Virus record (IMG/VR): IMGVR_UViG_3300012952_003952
Coordinates: 1-64,000 of that record
From: a virus
Taxonomy: Duplodnaviria > Caudoviricetes
DNA length: 64,000 nucleotides
Reading direction: 5' to 3' (one strand)
The first letter of the stretch is position 1, and each line of letters begins with the position of its first letter. Positions 24,953 to 34,250 of this stretch are shown in pieces. The notes under the pieces were generated by a model. That model saw only the letters and a list, made by a program, of their open reading frames with translations, did no database searches and was not told the DNA's origin. Both the position numbers and the translations under genes were made by a program.

Positions 24953-26140
24953 ATGTCGGTATTCAAACATCATAAGTCTTCTGGAGATCGATCTGCTTCT
25001 GATAGATCTAGACATAAGAAGAAAATAGAAAAAGCTATCAAAGAAGGCATTCATAATATTGTTGCCGAAGAATCTATAATTGGGCAAGACGGCAAAAAGA
25101 AGTTTAAAATACCTGTTAGAGGAATCAAAGAGTACAGGTTTGTCTACGGAAATAACTCAAACAAAAAAGTTGGATCTGCACCTGGTAAAAATGTTAGAAA
25201 GGGACAGACCATTGGAGAAAATCAAAAAAAGAAGCAAGGGAAAGGTAATGGAAAGCCTGGCAATGAAAAAGGCGAAGAATACTATGAAGTAGAAATTTCT
25301 CTTGAAGAGTTAGCATCTTATCTTTTCGACAGCTTGCAGCTACCAGAACTAGAAAAGAAGCAGATGCAAAAACTGTTTTTTGAAAAACCCAAGAGGCACG
25401 GTTATAGAAACAAAGGCATTAGACCTCGTTTAGATAAAAAAGAAACTGTAAAGAGAAAGCTCCGTAGAAAAAATATGTCCAAGAGACATAAAGATCCAGA
25501 AGTTATCGAAGAAAATGACGAATTTGCTTTTAATGAAAGAGACTTAAGATATAAACATATTAAACAAAAGCTTAAGCAACACTCTAATGCGGTTATATTT
25601 TTCCTTATGGATATATCAGGATCGATGACTGATAATAAAAAATATCTCGCTAGAAGTTTTTTCTTCTTGTTATATCACTTTGTGAGATCTAAATATGAAA
25701 ATACAGAATTGGTTTTCGTAGCTCACGACGTACAAGCTTATGAGTGCGGAGAAGACCAATTTTTTAAACGTGGGTCTGGTGGTGGAACCATGGTATCTTC
25801 AGGCACTGAAATGATACTAGAGATTATAAATAAAAGATTCCACCCCGACGCTTGGAATATCTATTTGTTTCAGTGCTCCGATGGCGACAACTGGCCGAGC
25901 GATAATGAAAAGCTGTCTGACCACATCATAAAACTTATATCTTTAGTTCAACTATATGGCTATTGCGAAATAGTGCCGAGCGACGATAGACTTCGCTGGG
26001 CTGATGATAGTAAGGGGCTTGGAGCAATGGTGTTTAGACCACTAAGCGGCTGGAATCTAAAAGTTGCCGATATAGGAAACCCAGAAGATATTTGGCCAGC
26101 GTTTAAAGCATTTTTCGGTGGGAGAGGTACAGATGTCTGA
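24953..26140 (+). CDS. yeaH: YeaH/YhbH (DUF444) family protein
   Basis: DRSRHKKKIEKAIK, FNERDLRYK, FFLMDISGSM, SGGGTMVSSG and SDGDNW. Confidence 0.9.
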   Translation: MSVFKHHKSSGDRSASDRSRHKKKIEKAIKEGIHNIVAEESIIGQDGKKKFKIPVRGIKEYRFVYGNNSNKKVGSAPGKNVRKGQTIGENQKKKQGKGNGKPGNEKGEEYYEVEISLEELASYLFDSLQLPELEKKQMQKLFFEKPKRHGYRNKGIRPRLDKKETVKRKLRRKNMSKRHKDPEVIEENDEFAFNERDLRYKHIKQKLKQHSNAVIFFLMDISGSMTDNKKYLARSFFFLLYHFVRSKYENTELVFVAHDVQAYECGEDQFFKRGSGGGTMVSSGTEMILEIINKRFHPDAWNIYLFQCSDGDNWPSDNEKLSDHIIKLISLVQLYGYCEIVPSDDRLRWADDSKGLGAMVFRPLSGWNLKVADIGNPEDIWPAFKAFFGGRGTDV

Positions 26141-27446
26141 TTGGTCTCTTAAAGATTTAGAAAAATGGGATGAGAAAATATGCGAGATTGCAAGATCGCA
26201 TGGTCTAGATTGGTTTCCAATAGTTTACGAAACATGCGACTATTATGAAATGATCGGCCACATGTCATATCATGGTATGCCTTCTCACTACAATCATTGG
26301 TCTTATGGAAAGAGTTTTGAAAGAACTCACCAGATGTATAACCTTGGAATGGAAGGATTGCCGTACGAACTTATTATTAATTCTAATCCTTCTATTTCTT
26401 ACTTGATGAGAGAAAATCCATTTTATCTGCAGATTCTTATTATGGCCCACTGTGTCGGCCATTCCGACTTTTTTAAAAATAACCGGACGTTCGAACTAAC
26501 CAATCCAGAAAACATAGTTTCATCTTTAAGAAATGCTAAGAAGAGAATTCAATCTTACATAGAAGATCCAAGTATTGGAATAGAAGATGTTGAAAGGGTT
26601 ATTGACGCTGCTCACACACTACAATTTCAAACCTATCGCTATCCGAAAAAATATGTTTCTAACAAAAAGAAAAAAGAAGAGCTTAAGATATTCTTGAAGT
26701 CACAAAGTGAAGCCGGCAAGAAGGTCGACTTTTCAGTGCTAGATAATACCCCACTTAAACCAGAATATGATATACTTGGTTTTTTACTAGAGCACGCAGA
26801 AAATTTAGAAGAATGGGAAAGAGATATATTAGAAATAGTAAAATTAGAATCTAACTATTTTTTGCCCCAGATCAAGACTAAGATAATGAATGAGGGTTGG
26901 GCTAGCTACTGGCATTACACGATACTGCATGAATTAGACTTACCACAAAAATTTCATATACCATTTTTAAAAAGTCACAACCAAGTAATTAGGCCGCATA
27001 TTGGAGCAATCAATCCGTATCACTTAGGGTTTGAAATGTTTCAGAAAATAAAAGAGAGACAAGGAATAGAAGAATGTTTTCTTGCGAGAGAAGTTCATCA
27101 TGATGAATCTTTCATAAGACAATATTTAACAGAAGAAGACTGTCGTGATTTAAATTTATTTTCTTATGCTCAGTTTAATGATAAAATTAAAATAACTGAA
27201 GTGTCTGATGTAGAGGGCTGGAAAATAGTTAGAAAAGATTTAATAAAAAGAACAGGAACTAACAGCATACCAGTAGTGTATGTAGACTCAGTAGACATAG
27301 GCAACGTATTAGTCTTGCATCATGAGCATGATGGAAGAGATTTAGAAATCGATCATGCAGAAAAAGTAGTAGATCATATTAGTGTTTTATGGAAAAATCC
27401 AGTAAAACTGTTAACAATAATAGAAGATGAACCGTTTGAGATTTAA
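26133..27446 (+). CDS. spoVR: SpoVR/YcgB family protein
   Basis: GMPSHYNHWSYGK, LPYELIINSNP, MAHCVGHSDFFKNN, YFLPQIKTKIMNEGWASYWH and NPYHLG. Confidence 0.93.
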   Translation: MSDWSLKDLEKWDEKICEIARSHGLDWFPIVYETCDYYEMIGHMSYHGMPSHYNHWSYGKSFERTHQMYNLGMEGLPYELIINSNPSISYLMRENPFYLQILIMAHCVGHSDFFKNNRTFELTNPENIVSSLRNAKKRIQSYIEDPSIGIEDVERVIDAAHTLQFQTYRYPKKYVSNKKKKEELKIFLKSQSEAGKKVDFSVLDNTPLKPEYDILGFLLEHAENLEEWERDILEIVKLESNYFLPQIKTKIMNEGWASYWHYTILHELDLPQKFHIPFLKSHNQVIRPHIGAINPYHLGFEMFQKIKERQGIEECFLAREVHHDESFIRQYLTEEDCRDLNLFSYAQFNDKIKITEVSDVEGWKIVRKDLIKRTGTNSIPVVYVDSVDIGNVLVLHHEHDGRDLEIDHAEKVVDHISVLWKNPVKLLTIIEDEPFEI

Positions 27447-27460
27447 AGTAAGAGGGTACC

Positions 27461-29401
27461 ATGGCGAAAAATAAAGATAAAGATTTTCTTAAGTTAATCG
27501 AAACTCAGAGAAGTGCTAAAAAAGAAGAACGTTTTAATGGAACTTTTTTAGAGTATCTAGAATTAGTAGAAAAGAATCCCAATATTGTAGACCACGCACA
27601 CAAAAAGCTGTGCGATACAATAGAGAGCTTTGGTGTTCATGTTCTTTCTGATGAAGATCCTAGAAAGAGAAAGATTTTCGACGGTGAAAATATAAAAATT
27701 TATGATTACTTTGCCAGTGAATTTTTTGGAATGGAAAAAGTTCTTTCGAAGTTGATGCGTTTCTTAAAATCAGCCGCGTTGAAAGGCGAAGAAAGTAGAC
27801 AAGTGCTGCTTTTAATGGGTCCGGTTGGAGCTGGTAAATCTGCACTAACTGAACACATAAAAAGCGCTATGGAACATGCTCCAGATTTTTATCATCTTGC
27901 TAGTGACCCTCAAAGAGGAGAGCCCTTACAGTTGGTGCCAAGATCTTTACGCTCTAAATTTGAAGAGCTTTTAGACGTTAAGATTGATGGTGATATCAGC
28001 CCAGTTGCAAGATACAAGCTTCTAGAAGAACATGGGGGTAAATATGAACAGTTCCCCGTAGTTCAATCTTCTTACTCACAAAGAGGTCGGAGGGGAATTG
28101 CTTCTGTTCCACCAATGGATGCGAACTCACAAGATGTATCAGTGCTTATCGGCTCAGAAGATATTTCTAAACTAGACAAATACTCTGAAGATGATCCAAG
28201 AATATTATCACTTAATGGTGCATTCAATGTTGGGAACAGAGGAATTGTAGAGTTAGTAGAGGTCTTCAAGAATGAAATTGAATTCTTACATACGATTATT
28301 ACTGCAACGCAAGAAAAGAGAGTTCCAGCGCCAGGTAAACACGACATGCTCCATTTCGATGGAGTTATTCTTGCACACTGCAACGAAGCCGAGTGGAATA
28401 GATTTAGATCCGAACATACAAACGAAGCTATCTTAGATAGAATTGTTAAGATTAATGTTCCATACGTCTTAGAGCTCAATAAAGAAATTAAGATTTACGA
28501 GAAGATTCTCGGAAGATCAGACTTTAAAGCACACTTAGCGCCACATACAATTAGAATTGCTTCAATGTTTTCTATTATGTCTCGCCTTAAACCATCTCAA
28601 AAATGTGACTTGATTACAAAGATGAAAATATACAATGGTGAAGAAGTTATTGAGAAGGGCAGAGTTAAAAAAATAGATATCAGAGATCTAAGAGAAGAAT
28701 CTAGAAACGAAGGAATGAAAGGAATTTCTACTCGATTCATAATGAAGTGCATCGATGCTGCTCTTACTGACTCAGATTCAGATTATATTACACCTATATC
28801 AGTTATAGAGTCTATCAAAAAGCAAGTTAACGAGCAGCTTATAGATGAAGACTTTAGAGAAAGATGCCAAGAAATAATCAGCGGAATAGTAAGAGAAGAG
28901 TATCTTAAGATTTTAGAAAACGAAATAGCAAAAGCTTTTGTCAATGCTTACGAAGAACAAGCTCAGGCTTTATTTGACACTTATCTAGATAATGCAGAAG
29001 CACATACGACTAGAGCAAAAATAAAAGATCGTATAACAAAAGAAGAAAGAGAGCCAGACGAACAATTTATGAGAGCTATAGAAGAGCAAATTGGAATTAC
29101 TGGATCTTCTCGTGATGGGTTTAGATCAGACGTAACGGCATACATGTTTGCGAAAATGAGGAGAGGGGAAAAAGTAAACTACACCTCTTACGAACCTCTA
29201 AAAGAAGCCATTGAAAGCTATCTCATAGCTTCAGTAAAAGACATGGCCAGGATTGTTACTAAGTCTAAAACAAGAGATGACGAACAGCAGAAAAAATACG
29301 GCGATATGATTAACACAATGGTAGAAGAATATGGATATACTCCTGATTCTGCAGAAGAAGTTTTAACTTACGCTAGTAACAATCTGTGGCGAGATAGCTG
29401 A
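27461..29401 (+). CDS. prkA: PrkA/YeaG family serine kinase / AAA+ ATPase
   Basis: FFGMEKV, LLLMGPVGAGKS, GAFNVGNRGIVELVEVFK, AHCNEAEW and GISTRF. Confidence 0.93.
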   Translation: MAKNKDKDFLKLIETQRSAKKEERFNGTFLEYLELVEKNPNIVDHAHKKLCDTIESFGVHVLSDEDPRKRKIFDGENIKIYDYFASEFFGMEKVLSKLMRFLKSAALKGEESRQVLLLMGPVGAGKSALTEHIKSAMEHAPDFYHLASDPQRGEPLQLVPRSLRSKFEELLDVKIDGDISPVARYKLLEEHGGKYEQFPVVQSSYSQRGRRGIASVPPMDANSQDVSVLIGSEDISKLDKYSEDDPRILSLNGAFNVGNRGIVELVEVFKNEIEFLHTIITATQEKRVPAPGKHDMLHFDGVILAHCNEAEWNRFRSEHTNEAILDRIVKINVPYVLELNKEIKIYEKILGRSDFKAHLAPHTIRIASMFSIMSRLKPSQKCDLITKMKIYNGEEVIEKGRVKKIDIRDLREESRNEGMKGISTRFIMKCIDAALTDSDSDYITPISVIESIKKQVNEQLIDEDFRERCQEIISGIVREEYLKILENEIAKAFVNAYEEQAQALFDTYLDNAEAHTTRAKIKDRITKEEREPDEQFMRAIEEQIGITGSSRDGFRSDVTAYMFAKMRRGEKVNYTSYEPLKEAIESYLIASVKDMARIVTKSKTRDDEQQKKYGDMINTMVEEYGYTPDSAEEVLTYASNNLWRDS

Positions 29402-29445
29402 TGTACATCTGATATCTCTTGATTATCTTTAAAAGAGAGGTGTTT

Positions 29446-29712
29446 ATGAACAACAAAATAACATTCGGCATGCCTGAAATATTTGTTTGCGGCAGTTTCT
29501 TTATGTTGGTTAGTGGATTAGTTTGGCAAGGATGGGCATTTTTAGCCTTAGGCTTATTTGGTTCATTTCTAAGATTCAGTCTAGAATTTCAAAAAGCCAA
29601 AGCTATTCAAGATAAGCAAAAAGAAGTCATTGACAATGTTGAAGATCTTGGTCGTCAATTTATAGATATGGCAACTATGTTCGGAAATAAAAATAATGGA
29701 AAAATGCACTGA
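29446..29712 (+). CDS. Small membrane protein
   Basis: GAGGTG RBS; hydrophobic N-terminal half. Confidence 0.7.
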   Translation: MNNKITFGMPEIFVCGSFFMLVSGLVWQGWAFLALGLFGSFLRFSLEFQKAKAIQDKQKEVIDNVEDLGRQFIDMATMFGNKNNGKMH

Positions 29713-31039
29713 TCCTTATCTGGTAAGATCAATAAGCAATATCCTTTCTGTTTCTAAAAAAGACATTAAAGACTTAGCAGTAAAGACTAAAAACTTATCT
29801 AAGGGTAAGGTGGAATTTTTTTTAGAAGATATTCCTGCTAAAAGTTTGTGGATAGATGGTCTAAGGCTACTAGTTGAAAGCGATCTTGAAAAAGATGGAA
29901 AGATATTAAAAGACTGTATTCTAGAGGGGTTTTGCTCTGTAGAGCACGCGTATTCAGGATCAGGATACTTTTATTTACTCGCAGTGTTGCAAGGTCTTTT
30001 ATATGATACAGATGAATTAGAGTCTTTAAAACAACTTGGCAGAATTACAGCAAGAGCCAACACCGAGCAGCTTCAAGAAAGCTTAAACATAGAAGGCCCC
30101 TTCATTAATAAGTTCGTAGATTTCTGTATAAATAAAGCAGGGTTTTCTTCTTCATTTTCAGTAAAAGAAACCAGCGCTTTCAATTCTAAGTTTTTAATTT
30201 CTTCTTCTTATAATTTTCCAATTGTTGCACTACCAGAATTTTTATACAGCGTAAACCTTCAGTCTATATCTTCTTTTGACTCAAGAGTAGTTGTTTATGA
30301 CGGTGTAATTGAAACCGTCGGTGAAATTCATCATATGCTAACTTATTTTTCTGAAAATAATATAGAATTATTTTTAGTAGCTAGAGGCTTTAGCAATGAT
30401 GTAATCAATACTTTAGCAGTAAACTATAAAAGAAAAAGCTTGAGAATAGTCCCTGCGAAATTAAATTTTTCTATAGAGAGCATAAACACTTTAAAAGATT
30501 TTTCTGTTGCTTGTGGGTCTCCATTAATAAATGGCTTATCAGGCGAAACTTTATCAAGCTATGATTTTTCTAAATTAGAAACAGTTCATCATATAGAGTT
30601 TAATAGAAACAACTGTAACGTAAGAAATCCAAAGACACATAAAAATGTTTCTGTGCTCTTGAAACATATCAATAAAAAAATTTACGAAACTAACGTAGAA
30701 GAGAAAAAAGACATACTTCAAACCAGAAGTAATTGTCTAAGAGGAAGAAAAACAACCATTTATTTAGGCTCACATTTGCGTAGTTCTAGAGGCATTACTA
30801 AAGATAGGCTATTGACCCTAATTGGAATAATGAATACGATAAGCAGGCATGGAATAATTAATTTAAAAGATGTTGGAGACACAAATTTGAAAAATACTAA
30901 GATGATTGTAAATTTTTTGCAGAGTATTGATTTTAGTTCTGTGCCTGCTTCGTCGTTTATACATGGCGTTTTAAATGGTTTTAAAACTGCAAGTCAAATA
31001 AAAAATGGAAGTTACGCGCTTTTATTGGATGATAAATGA
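29696..31039 (+). CDS. Divergent GroEL/Cpn60-like protein
   Basis: Apical-domain-like segment LFLVARGFSNDVINTLAVNYKRKSLRIVPAK, plus LKDFSVACG; GDGTTT is not conserved. Confidence 0.65.
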   Translation: MEKCTDPYLVRSISNILSVSKKDIKDLAVKTKNLSKGKVEFFLEDIPAKSLWIDGLRLLVESDLEKDGKILKDCILEGFCSVEHAYSGSGYFYLLAVLQGLLYDTDELESLKQLGRITARANTEQLQESLNIEGPFINKFVDFCINKAGFSSSFSVKETSAFNSKFLISSSYNFPIVALPEFLYSVNLQSISSFDSRVVVYDGVIETVGEIHHMLTYFSENNIELFLVARGFSNDVINTLAVNYKRKSLRIVPAKLNFSIESINTLKDFSVACGSPLINGLSGETLSSYDFSKLETVHHIEFNRNNCNVRNPKTHKNVSVLLKHINKKIYETNVEEKKDILQTRSNCLRGRKTTIYLGSHLRSSRGITKDRLLTLIGIMNTISRHGIINLKDVGDTNLKNTKMIVNFLQSIDFSSVPASSFIHGVLNGFKTASQIKNGSYALLLDDK

Positions 31040-31515
31040 TAATTCCAAAACAGGCTAACTGGTTTTCTGGTAGCGGAAACCCATACACACTATCTCAAGT
31101 ATACGATGAAGTTATCAACTCAGGACCAGATACAGAAATTCATGTAGGTACTGACTCTGATCCTGGAGCTCATAGAATAGCTTTTGTTACTGGAATAGTA
31201 ATAAGAACACCTGGCAACGGTGCAAATTATTTTTGGTGCCGTAGATATGTAGACTCAAAAGTATTTTTTAATTTAGGCCATCGGCTAGAAGTAGAAATCG
31301 GAGATTCTATAATAGTGGCAGACCTCTTAAGAAAGAATACTGGAAGAGAAGAAATAACAATACACGCAGATTGCAGCAGCGATCCTAAAAATGCTAGTTT
31401 TGAATTTTTAAGTAGAATAACTAGCTATGCAAAAGGAATGGGGTTTAAAACAATTGCTAAGCCAGATAGTTGGGCTGCAAGTTCTGTTGCCGACAAACAC
31501 GCGAAGGCTATATAG
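31036..31515 (+). CDS. RNase H-like YkuK (DUF458) family protein
   Basis: IHVGTDS, EIGDSI, ITIHAD and KPDSWAASSVADK. Confidence 0.8.
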   Translation: MIIPKQANWFSGSGNPYTLSQVYDEVINSGPDTEIHVGTDSDPGAHRIAFVTGIVIRTPGNGANYFWCRRYVDSKVFFNLGHRLEVEIGDSIIVADLLRKNTGREEITIHADCSSDPKNASFEFLSRITSYAKGMGFKTIAKPDSWAASSVADKHAKAI

Positions 31516-31557
31516 TTTACCTCTTTGACTGTATGAATACATTAGATCTAGGAGGGT

Positions 31558-31824
31558 ATGAACATGCCAAGAGCAAGAAAATCTACCACTGTTACAGTCC
31601 AAGAAGATACTTCGCCTAAGATTACAGAAGGTCAAATCGGAAGGTTAGCTAGAGACATATTAGATCTACACGGGCAACAATTAAAAGAAGAATTAGTTTC
31701 AAATTCTTCTCACTATAGCTTGAATAATGATCAAGTCAAAGAAGTTTGTAAAGCCATAGATGCAATGACCACTAAGTCTAAAGATGCTGCTTTAAGACAA
31801 GTAATTTCTACTTTTAAATCTTAA
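31558..31824 (+). CDS. Hypothetical protein
   Basis: AGGAGG RBS. Confidence 0.75.
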   Translation: MNMPRARKSTTVTVQEDTSPKITEGQIGRLARDILDLHGQQLKEELVSNSSHYSLNNDQVKEVCKAIDAMTTKSKDAALRQVISTFKS

Positions 31825-31825
31825 A

Positions 31826-32281
31826 ATGTACGGGATTAGGCACTTAATAAGCTGTAGGTGTATATTGCCTCAGTTTAAAAAAATCAGTAATCCCGTATTT
31901 CATAAATTTGTTGTATTTTCTGTTGTAGATGATGAAGATAAAGTCAAAGAATCTTATGCACAGTGTAATAATTGTGGAATTATCCATAAAGTTACAGACA
32001 TGTGCAAGTCGACTATTGTGAAAGGAAAAGAGCAGCTAGCTAGTATACCGAATCTTTCAGATATTAAGTTAGAAATTCCTGAATCGTTATCAGATTTACT
32101 TACATCTTACAACGCGGACATAACCGTTTGGCAGCATGCGCAATTTATTTTGCGGCATCAAAAATGGGGGACTAAGATTATAATTCAGAGAGAAGAAAAT
32201 GAAGAAGATGTTAGCGGTAAAATACTAATATTCGTGGGTCCTCGCCAGTTTAGAATGGAAAGTTTTCAAGAGAGCAGATAA
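31826..32281 (+). CDS. Hypothetical protein, possible Zn-binding
   Basis: Motifs HLISCRC and QCNNCGIIH...C. Confidence 0.75.
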   Translation: MYGIRHLISCRCILPQFKKISNPVFHKFVVFSVVDDEDKVKESYAQCNNCGIIHKVTDMCKSTIVKGKEQLASIPNLSDIKLEIPESLSDLLTSYNADITVWQHAQFILRHQKWGTKIIIQREENEEDVSGKILIFVGPRQFRMESFQESR

Positions 32282-32520
32282 TGAAAAATAAAATATATGG
32301 ATCAACACCAGAAGAACAGAAGCTAGAATCAGCAATAGAAGCTAGAGAGATCTCTCAAACCATTATGCAGCACGGAGTTACCCAATATCAAATTGCAAAA
32401 ATAATATATTTACTATCTCTCGAGCTAGAGGATAGAAATGTTCTTTCTGATGTATCTAAGGCAATAATGCCTTTACTAAACGAAGAAAATAATAAAGATT
32501 CTAATATCATCATTTCTTAA
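32281..32520 (+). CDS. Hypothetical protein
   Basis: TAATG coupling. Confidence 0.7.
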   Translation: MKNKIYGSTPEEQKLESAIEAREISQTIMQHGVTQYQIAKIIYLLSLELEDRNVLSDVSKAIMPLLNEENNKDSNIIIS

Positions 32521-32531
32521 AGGAGAAGAAG

Positions 32532-32729
32532 ATGGCTAATAACGAAATTTTAGAAAAGTGGAGAGAGCTTAAAGTCTTAGTGGAAAGTCTAGAATTAGAT
32601 GTACACAAACACGCTAACGGTAATTCTTCTGCTGGTGTAAGAGCTAGAAGAGGGTTAAGACTACTAAAAGGCGAGACGGCAAGTTTGGTTAAACTTTCTT
32701 TATCACACGAGAAAGAAAAGAAATCTTGA
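32532..32729 (+). CDS. Histone H1-like Hc1-family nucleoid protein
   Basis: GNSSAGVRARRGL matches the Hc1 core GNKAAGxRARK; AAGGAG RBS. Confidence 0.75.
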   Translation: MANNEILEKWRELKVLVESLELDVHKHANGNSSAGVRARRGLRLLKGETASLVKLSLSHEKEKKS

Positions 32730-32739
32730 CTTATTCTTA

Positions 32740-33108
32740 GGGCCCGAAACGGCTTCGACGGGGTAGGAGAGAACGAGAGTGCAGGTGGTCACACGAAATA
32801 GCGGACCTTAAACGCGGTTTCAAAACTTTAATTGCCAATAACAATTATCACTTCGAATCTGCCCGCTTAGCGGCTTAATCGGTGGGGTTGCTTAAGACCT
32901 TATTACCCAATTTAAGATAGCAGGTAGAGATCCTGCGAAATAAAAAAATCAGAACGGTTTCCTGGAAACAGGCGGGGCGCAACAGGTTGATAAGCGCAGG
33001 GTTAATCAACTACCTTTTCTAATTTGTGATAGTAAATTAGACAAACCTGTGAATGACTTGACTTTGAAGCTATTGCGGACGCGGGTTCGACTCCCGCCGG
33101 GTCCACCA
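32740..33108 (+). ncRNA. ssrA: tmRNA (369 nt)
   Basis: Acceptor stem GGGCCCG/CGGGTCC with G3-U pair and ACCA end; GCTTCGAC at the 5' end; T-arm GCGGGTTCGACTCCCGC; tag ORF 32834-32878 encodes ANNNYHFESARLAA. Confidence 0.96.
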
Positions 33109-33142
33109 TTTATAAAATGTGAAAATATGCTACAATAGAATT

Positions 33143-33865
33143 ATGATTCCAAACCTTCCTAGAAAACAAGTGCAGCTTTTAAGCTTTTTGTTATTTGCAG
33201 CTGGAGCGCTTGTTATTATTGCCGGCGGGTGGCAGAACGAAGCTGCCCGGTCTGTAGGGATAACGCTGATGGCGGGATCTATATGGTTTATCATGATGGC
33301 TGAGTCTGTTCTTCTTGGGAAGGTCCAGACAGAAATGACTCGTGCGCTAGAATCATTTAGAAAGAAGCAAGAAGTTGAAATTCAAGACCTCCTCTATTTT
33401 CTTAGGCAATCTCGAATAGCAGCGTCACCACTCGAATCTATAGACGGAGCCAAAAAACTGTGTAGCACTATCCATTATCCGGCGATGGTTTTAACAATAA
33501 GCCATCAAATCATTAAAGCTAATGAAAAAATGCACAATCTCGTCGGGTGGGGTGAGGGCGAATTAAATGGAAAACCAGCCCATTTCATTAACGATCTAGT
33601 TGTAATGTCGAAGATTGGTGAGCGTTGCGCAATGCCTGAGCATGTAGACAAAAAAGCTATGATAACTCAATATGTTTACGTACACAGATCTGGAAAAAAA
33701 ATATTCGGCCAGATGGATGCAGCAAAAATTGGTGATGACGGATACTTTGTCGTGTTCCACCCTTCGAAAGACTGTGTTATTTCTTATGATGAAATTAGAA
33801 AAATGTCAATGCAAAAAGAAAACGACACTTATGATTCTGCCATAGCGGAATTTAAAAAATTATGA
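33143..33865 (+). CDS. Membrane-anchored PAS-domain protein
   Basis: Two transmembrane helices, then IIKANEKMHNLVGWGEGELNGK...YVHRSGKKIF. Confidence 0.75.
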   Translation: MIPNLPRKQVQLLSFLLFAAGALVIIAGGWQNEAARSVGITLMAGSIWFIMMAESVLLGKVQTEMTRALESFRKKQEVEIQDLLYFLRQSRIAASPLESIDGAKKLCSTIHYPAMVLTISHQIIKANEKMHNLVGWGEGELNGKPAHFINDLVVMSKIGERCAMPEHVDKKAMITQYVYVHRSGKKIFGQMDAAKIGDDGYFVVFHPSKDCVISYDEIRKMSMQKENDTYDSAIAEFKKL

Positions 33866-33868
33866 TAG

Positions 33869-34120
33869 ATGGAAGACTATAATAAAGAAGACCGAATTAT
33901 GATAGCCGCTGTAGCTTCTGCAGTGGCTAGGGCTATACTCTATATTGGTTTATGTATTACTTTAGGCATATTACTTTCTAAGTGTTCAGTTAACTCTGAG
34001 ACCATTGTTCAGTGTGAAGAATCATGTGGGACAGATGGTATAAAAGAAGTTACTTCTTGGAGTTGTAAGTGTGGAGACAAAGAAGCAATGTCTGAGTCTC
34101 CTTGGGTATTGCCCAGGTAG
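33869..34120 (+). CDS. Small membrane protein with Cys-rich tail
   Basis: Transmembrane segment, then CEESCG...SCKC. Confidence 0.7.
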   Translation: MEDYNKEDRIMIAAVASAVARAILYIGLCITLGILLSKCSVNSETIVQCEESCGTDGIKEVTSWSCKCGDKEAMSESPWVLPR

Positions 34121-34250
34121 CCAATAATTTATCTTTCTTATATTTAAACATAGAAAAGTGCATAATTAAGGGTGGAATGTGGCCTCTCGAACAAATAATC
34201 TCTTCGGAAGAGAGACTAAAAAAGAAAAAAAGAAAAAGAAGGATGTGACT

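Noticed and set aside
32740-33108. tRNA-Ala gene
   Set aside because: The acceptor halves are separated by about 350 nt containing a tag ORF, so this is tmRNA. No standalone tRNA was recognised in the window.
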